The notes under the pieces: generated by a model
Database searches by the model: none
What the model was told of the DNA's origin: nothing
What the model saw: the letters and a program-made list of their open reading frames with translations, nothing else
Shown: one piece after another, positions 54,309 to 64,000 of the stretch
Layout: each line of letters opens with the position of its first letter
How positions within the stretch are numbered: the first letter of the stretch is position 1
DNA from: Pecten maximus
Lineage: Eukaryota
DNA length: 64,000 nucleotides
Assembly (NCBI RefSeq): GCF_902652985.1
Contig: NC_047030.1
Coordinates: forward strand, 24,180,001 to 24,244,000
Direction: 5' to 3'
Program-made: the position numbers and the translations under genes

Positions 54309-57300
54309 GTAAGACAAGAAAATATATATCATATACTTGTTTAAAGATTAAAATATTTGTCTCTGTTGCGAATTAAGTACAAGTGTACATTTTTACGTTA
54401 ATGTATGGATATCCGTACGCCCCTTGTCAGTCCTAATGACGATAAGAAATTTTCGATGTATTCAATTATATATCATGCAATTGTATAAGGCGATTCGAGT
54501 GGGAGTCTTAAGCTTGTATAGAATATATTCGTTTAATCAGCTTCGTGATTTCTGAGTAATATCCTTTTGATAATTGTTTATGCGATTTTCAACATGGAAA
54601 CTCATTATTTATTATGTACGAAAACACAGGTAGTACTATTACCGGCATTATACGACAGTTCCCGATATTACACGATGGTTCCCGACACCATACGAATGTT
54701 TCCGAAAGCTACGGTGACGTAGTAATCTGGATTGTACATATGAAATATTTTGTCTTGATTACTTCATTTTGAAAGTTTTTTTTTCTACTTAATATTTTCT
54801 AAGGAATATCTTTTCCTTTACCCGTGTCTTGTGAATAACGAGACTAAAAGATTCGGCCCGACCTTTCTCTGTGCGCTAACATTTGAAATAATATATTGCT
54901 ATTCTGTTTCTTTCGTAAGATTAGTCTCCCTTGAACACTAATTAAGCAATGTTCATTTATGAATTTGTTGCCAGGCGTGACCGCTGTTATTGGCGAGTGT
55001 GATATAGGCTGGGCTGAGTTTAAAGAAGATTGCCTATGGTTCAGTTCATCTAGCGCCACGTGGGATAAGGCTGAGGTCAGTAAACCGGACATGTCTGACT
55101 GAAAAACACCGATATAGAAAAAAAATATCTATATATAGATACATGTTGTATATATTTCTATATGAAACAATTTCAGAAATCAATTTTGAATGTAGCTATA
55201 TTGCCTTTCCACCTATAACATTTGTATACATCAATTAATTTATATATTTTGTTCTATATATCTGGATGAAACTACAAATTGATATTATATATTTATTTTC
55301 TAGATTTTGTTATTTATATTGTATGATTTCTGATTATTAGTAAAAATAAATTATAATAAGTTCGACGGAATAAAACAAAGGAGTTAGAAAATAAAATACA
55401 AGACACTATAATATTAATTCGAATCGTCATACCATACACAAGGAGGCCGCGGTGGCCAACATTTTATCACTAGACCTCCACCTCTGGGTTGCGAGTTCGA
55501 AACCCACGTGGGGCAGTTGCCTGGTACTGATCGTAGGCCGGTGGTTTTTCTCCGAGTACTCCGGATTTCCTTCTTGTCCAAAAAAACCCGACACGTTCTT
55601 ATTTAAATGACCCTGGCTGTTAATAGGACGTTAAACAAAATAAAACCAAATAAAACTAAAACCATCCCATACACCACCCTCTGCTTATTGCTATACTGCC
55701 AATACTTATATTCGTATTCTTTATTCCAGGCCCATTGTAGGGGTATGGGGGCGTACTTAGCTACGGACGATAACGAAGACAAACACGACTTTTTGGCTAC
55801 CATCCTGAACGTCCTTAGAGGTACGTATCGTCTAGACCACCGGGCAGACATGTCGAACTTCCGGTATGTATCTGCTCTTTCGTCATCCTGGGTAGATAAT
55901 TTAGACACTTGGGACATACATGTTTATCGGCTGATTCCATGGAGTATGGGCTGCAAAAATAATGACGTCCACAGATATGCAATAAGAAACTGAGAAATAT
56001 GTTACGTTCGCCTTGAAACATATCGGCTGAGTTCATGGCGTATGAACGGCAAAAATAATGGCGTTCACAGAAACGCAACCATAAACTGAGAAATATATTA
56101 CGTTCGCTTTGACAGTCAAAACAACAGCAAGACCATGAAACTTCATCACAAGGACTTTGCACAAATTCTCAAAACAGTCCCTATAATAATATATATTACA
56201 TATTTTTGGGTGACTGACCAGTCCATATACTCACATATTGCTCTCAGTCACATGCAATATTTGTTGAATATGTATTATTCTACCATGTTTGCTATGCAAC
56301 GCCAGTTTTGATTGGTTTAAAACCATGTATTATTTTCCAATAACCCTAGTTCGTGCCAACAATACACGCTCGTGAGTCACAGCTGTTACAATTTTATATA
56401 TCTAATATTCACCCGTTTTATAAAAGGTTACTATAGCCGAGTGTGCTAATGGGTTAGTCTTTCAATAAATTTTTATCACGACGCGAGTTCGAATCCTACG
56501 GAGGCCCCCCCCCTTTTTCTTTTTCTTTTTTTTTATCCTTTTTTTTTTAATTTTCAAAATCAATGCCATATGATAGATGCTCTTGATCGTAGTACTGCAT
56601 TGCCTGTATATTTCATCAACAAATAATGCAATACTCAAGAAATAAATTACAAGGTTTCTCGGGGTTTCCTTGCTGTTTTTCTATTAGAAAGAGGTCGATC
56701 TCAGAACTAAACAGTACATGGTAGAATAGAAATAATCAACTTTGACTCGTGTATTGTTGCCGGATATACAACTCGGACTCGGATATTTTGCAATTAATTA
56801 ATAACGAAGGCCGCAGGCAAAATATCCGAGTCCTCGTTGTATATCCTGCAACAATACACGAATCATCGTTAATTATTTCTTAAATCTATATATGTGGACC
56901 GTGAATCGTGCCAAATCCCTATATATATATGATTTGCTTTACCCTTATTTACATTTTGGCGCAAGGTAAAACCCAATTAACTCTTCAACTGTTGGTATAA
57001 ACTATCCACATTTTAGATATGTTATAAACGTTGGTCCTTTGTGCTTTCTATTAAACAAATAACGAATTTTGGCATTAATTTATAACATACATTTTTTTTG
57101 TATGTATATATATTTGGAAATATTTAAGCATAAAAATCGCTACTGGTTTCTATAGCACGCGTTTTATTTAGTCCTATCCTTGGGTAAGACACTTTACCCT
57201 AATTGCTCTAAATGGCATGCGACGGACCTTCCGGGTGTTGTTCGGTGGGGTAGTTACCAACTACTACAAGGATACCCTGCCTCAAAATGACCCTGGCTGT

Positions 57301-59587
57301 TCATGGGGCAATAAACCACGCAAACAAACATCCTATCAGGAGTTCAGATTTCCCCTGTATGCGAGGTGCATGGGTGTGGTGAATGTGTGTGTTATTCTAT
57401 CAGAGGATTTATCTCTCTCGATGCTGTTTTTCTAACAGATTACCATGCCTATGTGTGGTTCATTGGAGGGACCGACTACACCTTTGAGGGACAGTACCGA
57501 TGGTTAGAGACCGGCCTACACGTAGGACCTTTCACAAGGTGGGCTCCCGGCCAGCCAAATGGTACTATGGGAGAGAACTGTATTGGATTGAGATGGGATG
57601 GTCGGGACTTAATGTGGACAGACGAGCCTTGTCAACCCATCCATCTTCCTCACGGACATCACGGACATACTGTACCAGTCGGAAACTACAACTTTATCTG
57701 TGAGAAACAGTAAGTAATCCCCGCTACAACTGTGAGAAACAGTAAGTAATCCCCGCTACAACTGTGAGAAACAGTAAGTAATCCCCGCTACAACTGTGAG
57801 AATCAGTAAGTAATCCCACTACAACTGTGAGAATCAGTAAGTAATCCCGCTATAACTGTGAGAATCAGTAAGCAATCCCCGCTACAACTGTGAGAATCAG
57901 TAAGTAATCCCCGCTACAACTGTGAGAATCAGTAAGTAATCCCGCTATAACTGTGAGAATCAGTAAGTAATCCCACTACAACTGTGAGAATCAGTAAGTA
58001 ATCCCGCTATAACTGTGAGAATCAGTAAGTAATCCCACTACAACTGTGAGAATCAGTAAGTAATCCCGCTATAACTGTGAGAATCAGTAAGCAATCCCCG
58101 CTACAACTGTGAGAATCAGTAAGTAATCCCCGCAACAACTGTGAGAATCAGTAAGTAATCCCACTACAACTGTGAGAATCAGTAAGTAATCCCGCTATAA
58201 CTGTGAGAATCAGTAAGCAATCCCCGCTACAACTGTGAGAATCAGTAAGTAATCCCCGCAACAACTGTGAGAATCAGTAAGTAATCCCCGCTACAACTGT
58301 GAGAAACAGTAAGTAATCCCACTACAACTGTGAGAATCAGTAAGTAATCCCCGCTACAACTGTGAGAATCAGTAAGTAATCCCCTTACAACTGTGAGAAA
58401 CAGTAAGTAATCCCGGCTACAACTGTGAGAAACAGTAAGTAATCCCCGCTACAACTGTGAGAAACAGTTAGTAATCCCCGCTATATCTGTGAGAAACAGT
58501 AAGTAATCCCGCTACAACTGTGAGAAACAGTAAGTAATCCCACTACAACTGTGAGAAACAGTAAGTAATCCCCGCTACAACTGTGAGAATCAGTAAGTAA
58601 TCCCCGCTACAACTGTGAGAAACAGTAAGTAATCCCGCTACAACTGTGAGAAACAGTTAGTAATCCCCGCTATATCTGTGAGAAATAGTAAGTTATCCCG
58701 CTACAACTGTGAGAATCAGTAAGTAATCCCCGCTACAACTGTGAGAAACAGTAAGTAATCCCCGCTACAACTGTGAGAAACAGTAAGTAATCCCGGCTAC
58801 AACTGTGAGAATCAGTAAGTAATCCCCGCTACAACTGTGAGAAACAGTAAGTAATCCCCTTACAACTGTGAGAAACAGTAAGTAATCCCGGCTACAACTG
58901 TGAGAATCAGTAAGTAATCCCGCTACAACTGTGAGAATCAGTAAGTAATCACCGCTACAACTGTGAGAAACAGTTAGTAATTCCGGCTACAACTGTGAGA
59001 AACAGTAAGTAATCCCACTACAACTGTGAGAAACAGTTAGTAATCCCGCTACAACTGTGAGAATCAGTAAGTAATCCCTGCCACAACTGTGAGAATCAGT
59101 AAGTAATCCCCGCTACAACTGTGAGAAACAGTAAGTAATCCCGGCTACAACTGTGAGAAACAGTAAGTAATCCCCGCTACAACTGTGAGAATCAGTAAGT
59201 AATCCCCGCTACAACTGTGAGAATCAGTAAGTAATCCCCGCTACAACTGTGAGAATCAGTAAGTAATCCCCGCTACAACTGTCAGAAACAGTAAGTAGTC
59301 CCACTACAACTGTGAGAAACAGTAAGTAATCCCGCTACAACTGTGAGAAACAGTAACTTGCTGGTACCGGAAATATTACCTAAGTTTCGTTGACTGGAAC
59401 AGTGTAAACTGTAATGAATTATCAATCTGACGTAATTTGTGACACGGGTTACCATAGAGCCTACGGAATGAACAATGTTGATTGTATTGTCACTTATGTT
59501 GTTATTTATTTATTTATTTATTTATTATTTATCTATTTTATTGTTATTTACAGTAACAACCAGACAACGTCTGCTGTGATTGGCTGA
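54266..59587 (+). CDS. Secreted C-type lectin (perlucin-like, single long-form CTLD), 5 coding exons, 179 aa
   Basis: join(54266..54308,54975..55075,55730..55820,57439..57709,59554..59587) = 540 nt. All introns are GT..AG with compatible phases (1,0,1,2). Translation: MYLKETLLVAVFSIGVTAVIGECDIGWAEFKEDCLWFSSSSATWDKAEAHCRGMGAYLATDDNEDKHDFLATILNVLRDYHAYVWFIGGTDYTFEGQYRWLETGLHVGPFTRWAPGQPNGTMGENCIGLRWDGRDLMWTDEPCQPIHLPHGHHGHTVPVGNYNFICEKHNNQTTSAVIG*. It shows a signal peptide, 6 Cys, WIG-like FIGG, W-x-P-G-QPN, ENC, WTD-x-x-C and FICEK. Confidence 0.92.
54975..55075 (+). CDS. C-type lectin coding exon 2 (VTAVIGECDIGW...TWDKAE)
   Basis: ttgccag acceptor and GAG|gtcagt donor; encodes the C-x3-W...C-L-W-F CTLD N-terminus. 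Confidence 0.92.
55443..55661 (+). mobile_element. SINE family B in lectin intron 2
   Basis: GAGGCCGCGGTGGCC...GAGTTCGAAACC...GGTTTTTCTCCGAGTACTCCGGATTTCC...AAATGACCCTGGCTGTTAATAGGACGTTAAAC plus an A-rich tail. Confidence 0.85.
55730..55820 (+). CDS. C-type lectin coding exon 3 (AHCRGMGAYLATDDNEDKHDFLATILNVLR)
   Basis: ttattccag acceptor and AG|gtacgt donor; encodes the C-x3-GAYLA helix motif. Confidence 0.92.
55925..56112. repeat. Two-copy ~96 bp duplication in lectin intron 3
   Basis: TATCGGCTGA...CAAAAATAATG...AACTGAGAAATAT..TTACGTTCGC occurs at 55925 and 56021. Confidence 0.8.
56276..56885. mobile_element. Foldback (Crypton-like) non-autonomous element in lectin intron 3
   Basis: 13-bp inverted repeat TATTCTACCATGT (56276) / ACATGGTAGAATA (56716), followed at once by a hairpin with ~63-bp arms (56728-56880). 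Confidence 0.6.
57176..57329 (+). mobile_element. SINE family A 3' half in lectin intron 3
   Basis: CCTTGGGTAAGACACTTTACCC...CCAACTACTACAAGG...CAAAATGACCCTGGCTGTT...(CAAA)n. Confidence 0.8.
57439..57709 (+). CDS. C-type lectin coding exon 4 (carbohydrate-recognition core)
   Basis: tttctaacag acceptor and CA|gtaagt donor; encodes WFIGGTD...QPN...ENC...WTD..C...FICEK. Confidence 0.95.
57698..59356 (+). repeat. 31-32 bp minisatellite (~52 copies) derived from the lectin exon-4/intron-4 junction
   Basis: Unit CTACAACTGTGAGAA(A/T)CAGTAAGTAATCCC(C)G. The first copy is the real exon end and donor. Confidence 0.97.
59554..59587 (+). CDS. C-type lectin terminal coding exon 5 (HNNQTTSAVIG*)
   Basis: T-rich tract plus tttacag acceptor; the phase-2 join CA|T gives His; TGA at 59585-59587; AATAAA about 95 nt downstream. 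Confidence 0.75.
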
Positions 59588-59680
59588 ATGTAATCTCGGA
59601 TACAAGAAGTAAAAACACGGTTGTAAATATATATATCAAACATCTGTTTCCTGGTTAAATGGCATTGAACACAAAACCGA

Positions 59681-59686
59681 AATAAA
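59681..59686 (+). promoter_or_regulatory. Polyadenylation signal of the lectin gene
   Basis: AATAAA after the stop codon, followed by T-rich sequence. Confidence 0.6.
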
Positions 59687-62199
59687 ACGTGTATTATATT
59701 TAGATATTGTTATAGTTTATTTATTTTATTTGCAGTGAAATATTGAATTTTGACTTTAGTGACCCGAGTTGGTGCGTTTCAATACCAATTAAGTAGGCTG
59801 TCAGTTATTATACTGTATATCAAATCATTTTTATCATTTTGACGGACGAACAACTCTTATCGTGTCACTACTTGTGACTTTGAAGATATTTCAGAGATGT
59901 GCCCTTCTCGCGAAGAGAACACCATTCTCAATAGAATTCACTGAACGGTCTCGGATAATCCGACTCGGAGAAAGTCTTGGATAAAGATGTTTTATACGGA
60001 ATAAAGAATGTTTACATCAAATCATATATATAACAATAATTATAATAATTGTGTAAAAAGTTATAGAAATAAGCAACAACATTAACTGTCTATTTGCGCG
60101 GCAATTTCATGACGTCACTGTCGATAATGTGGTATGAAATGGTCTTTTCAAGATGGCGGGCCAGGATGAGCGAAAAAAGTAGGTCTTAGCTTCAAGCTAC
60201 CAGGTCAGTTGTTTGTACAAACATTGTGACCAACCTTGACAAGTACCGTCCTGAGATCAGAAAAATACCTTCTTCAAATTATTATTAATTCTTTTTTTCT
60301 TTTGTCGTTCAGTTCCACAATACTTGTCAATCCATCGTGAAGTTGGATGAATGGTTAAAATCGTAATCGAGGAGGAATTTGCCATGATAATTTGCCGATA
60401 TCGAATTATTTAAAGGGTCTAATGTCTCTCTATTTAGTCAGAAATATTCTTCAGTGAGATCAGATAACATGCCATCATCATTATCATCATCAACTACAGG
60501 GCAAAGAGATGAAATATATAGGGGAGATAACTCATCTTCATGTGACATAAAGAAAAGAAAATGCCACAATATTATGTGTTGTATTATTTTCATTTTTTTC
60601 ATTTTCATAGTAAGATCATGTTTTTATTCTTCCATGATCTAATACATGTATTAATCATAAGCTATCACTCCTACAAAAGGTTATATGATTTCAGTCAAAA
60701 ACATTTTAGTTTTCTTACATTTTTTCCATATTAAAAAAATTTTTTTTTAAATGCCCACAACATACAGTATAATTCTTACCTGTAGGTAGAGTTTCTCAAC
60801 TAAAGTAATGATTTTCCCTGTTACCACTAAACAGATAATTGCGGCATTTTTTCATCATTATTTTGAAATAATTCGTTATTTAAAAAAAAGTCTACATAGA
60901 GAGAAAATTAGCATGGAAAGGCATAGTATTTTTTTCTACCAAGCAGATAGTGATGCAAAGATCACTCATGTCAAATTTCATGACAATAGGTTCATTATTT
61001 CCTGACCGTGTCGTATCCCCTTAATACGGCATCATAAGTTCTTTCGTTCATGTCTTCATACGTACATTTTAAATGTTGTTGTTCATATAGCATAAATTCT
61101 GGGCGATGCAAACCCCAAGTCATAAATAATTATACTAAATTAAAAATAATCCATAACCTTATTTATCCAAATTGCGATTGTCGTGCGATACAGTGTTAGG
61201 TTTACAACATTGGACTACTTCACGGTACCGCCGTGTCGTGAAGCATATCCCGGGGTCTTTGGAAGTCTGAGCTTCGCGACTTAAGGTTCTGGATCTTGGA
61301 CGACAATATTATTGTTCGTGATTAAATATGACCTCACAGCAGTCCCATATATCTTATCTATTACTGTCCACGGTGACCGAGTTGGTATATCAAACAACCT
61401 TGTGCTATCTCTTGATTTTCGTTACACGTAAAAGAAGATAAATGGGTTTCGGTATTAAAGACAAGTAAATGGATATTTCTTACATTTACATATGATATGG
61501 TTGAACAATGTGTCATTTAGTTTTCAAATTATGATATAGATGAACATTTACTTTTTAACAATTAAACGCATGTCAGGGCGCAATTCTAGTTATCTGTCAT
61601 CCAGATTGCATTTATAGTGACAATAAATACAGTCTTTATACATGTATTTATGTGGAAAATCTCCCTTTTCCCCCTTCCTTGTATATTCATTTAAAAGAAT
61701 GGCGTATCTTAATCAAATTCCTATCTGGGATTGATTTGCAACCAATCTGACACACAGCATAAAGCCTTGTCGTGACGATGATCAGCATAGCGCAAACATG
61801 ACGTCATAGTAACGCAATCATTCGTAATCGTTGTCCTCGCTGCATATTTCATACGAATCTTATGACATGGTGTAGTGGCACACTTGAAATTTTAAGATAT
61901 GATATGGTCTCTTATGCTGTACTAAGGTTAATCATGACCTACATACAATATTCTTGAAAATAATCCATTCTAACATAATTTAAGAAGAATATATAAAACG
62001 GTGAAATGTAAGAAGTAAAAAAAGAAGCGCGGTGAACAAGAAAGATACGGCATCTGTCGAGCTCGAAGAGCAACATCGAAACCATAGATGTCAGAAATTC
62101 AACCTTATCTTAAGATCTCAACATCACAATTTAGTTATAATGCTTTGAACGAATTACTTTTAAAGTGTTTGTATTTCCATTTTTTTGAAGATGTTATAT

Positions 62200-62730
62200 T
62201 ATACAAATATATTTTTGGCGTCTGTGCAATAGTCCAGAATATTGTATACGAGGTACTGGTAGACCGATGTTCTAATGCACGAGGCCGACTGTAGATTACC
62301 AGTACCGAGGGTCAAATATTCTGGACTATTGCACAGACACCCATTGTATACTTAATACATCTGACATCTTAGTGACTGGCGAAAGGGAAGGACTTAATTC
62401 TGAAACGTCACAGGTGTTCAATAGTTCGTGACCGTGCAATAGTCTTTTTAGCCGTGTAATATTATACAGTTATTGTAAAGCTGAAATTTGAAATAGCACT
62501 TTTATTGTCCCCGTGACATGAACTATTTCCCAAGACGAAGCCGAGGGAAATATTTAATGTCAACGGGGCCAATAAAAGTGTTCCTAATGCTTTTCCTCGG
62601 AGATAGTTTTTCACCATGCGAACTGCCGTTTGTATTGCTTGGTTTGTGTTAGCACTGTCTTTTTCAGAAAAAAATCCTTTCCAGCACTTCTCCATCCAGA
62701 TTATCGAAACTTGTACATTAAGCCATTTTC
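62200..62730 (-). mobile_element. Crypton-like foldback element(s) with a decayed recombinase N-terminal coding remnant
   Basis: Hairpins at 62220-62338 (24-bp perfect outer arms) and 62497-62580. Minus strand 62726-62591 reads MA*CTSFDNLDGEVLERI/SEKDSANTNQAIQTAVRMVKNYLRGK with one stop and one frameshift, resembling Crypton/DUF3504-protein N-termini (recalled, not searched). Confidence 0.55.
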
Positions 62731-63609
62731 CGAAATGTTCCTGTAGCTTTCACTTCGTCTTGGTCTCGAAAACGCTTATGTTCTCGAAAGCACTTTAGGA
62801 CTTGATACAAGGGATGGTGGTAGAGACGATCCGAAGGGATATGACAAATGCATTGTCCAATCAGAAAAAATGCGAAAATATGAATGCGCTCATTCCGGGT
62901 ACACTTTTGACTATTAACCTGGTTAATAGCATTTTTTGAGGATACGGTTCAAATAACATTTCTATTGTCTACTTTTTATAAAGTGTAAAATAAGAAAAGG
63001 TATAATAATTCAAAATATACCTTATAAATGCGTATAGTAAAGGAAAATCAAACGCATTATGTAATCAATTAAAATATCTTATATATTGCACGATAAAATG
63101 GGTTATGGATATATTAGTCATCGACTATCAGTGTTCAATTTAAAACGCCTCGGGAAGCATTTATTCAAATTTAAACACTATTAAATGCCTGATAGCATCA
63201 CCGGGTTTAAACTCACGGCGAATGAGTCATATACATTACCTGGTTTTATCAATTTGTACTAATCGGTTAATGCCGTGATCAGTGAAGAAAATAATAAGAA
63301 AAAGGCTCTGTTTGTGTTTGCTAACATCCTGCAAAAGAAACACACATACATTTTTTTATGACACTACCCGAGGGCTACATATACTTAAATGAATATATAT
63401 AACTCTTAAATAACTGAAGCGAATGAGTAGATAGTACTAATTAAGAATCTCCACTCGTATATCAGGCATGTCTGCTATAATGGGTACAATCACCTGATTT
63501 GGGGACATGATCACGGGGCGATAAGTCTTAATGGAGAGACAGTAGAAATGGGAGCCAGTCTGTGTTTACCTTCGTTTTGACACAGCTGTCGTAGGGACAG
63601 GCAAGTATG

Positions 63610-64000
63610 TACCTCCGCCTGATTGGAAGATAAGAAGACGCGGGAACCTGTCTGCGTACATCCGTTTGGTTAGAAGATGAGTAGCTCTTGGATCAAGTCC
63701 GTTGGTACATCCGCTTGGTTGGATGATCAGTAAAATTTGTAGCAAAGTTTGGTTCATCCACTTGGTTGGATAATTGGACGTTGAACAAGTTGCGGTACAA
63801 TACCTTGATTTGACGATAAGTAAGACGTTGAAACAAGTTGAGGAACAATCCCTTGATTTGATGATAAGTAAGACGCTGAAACAAGTTGCGGAACAATCGC
63901 TTGACTTGATGATAAGTAAGACGTTGGAGCAAGCACGATGGTACATCCGCTTGACTTGATGATAAGTAAGACGTTGGAGCAAGCACGATGGTACATCCGC
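63610..64000. repeat. ~50 bp tandem repeat running off the window end
   Basis: Unit TTGACTTGATGATAAGTAAGACGTTGGAGCAAGCACGATGGTACATCCGC, increasingly degenerate leftwards. Confidence 0.85.

Noticed and set aside
55607-55993. ORFs 55607-55993 and 57366-57713 as standalone genes
   Set aside because: They are lectin exons 3 and 4 extended into intron and SINE sequence.

Overview
This is AT-rich, intron- and repeat-rich eukaryotic DNA. The SINE, MITE and minisatellite content and the perlucin-like lectin point to a bivalve mollusc, possibly a scallop (inference). Almost all ORFs in the supplied track are artefacts of repeats or AT-rich sequence. One complete gene can be assembled by hand: a 5-exon, + strand secreted C-type lectin (54266-59587, 179 aa) with a signal peptide, a 6-Cys long-form CTLD, QPN/WTD motifs and a His-rich insert. 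About 90% of its intron 4 is a ~52-copy minisatellite built from the gene's own exon-4/splice-donor junction. Other content: about 12 unrelated minisatellite arrays; tRNA-derived SINEs of several central-domain types; TTAA-flanked and other MITEs; a miniature LTR element (LTR remnant-PBS-PPT-LTR) whose LTR carries a tRNA-Thr-like sequence; Crypton-like foldback elements with a decayed coding start; and a few weak exon candidates. There is no CRISPR array, rRNA gene or prokaryotic system.
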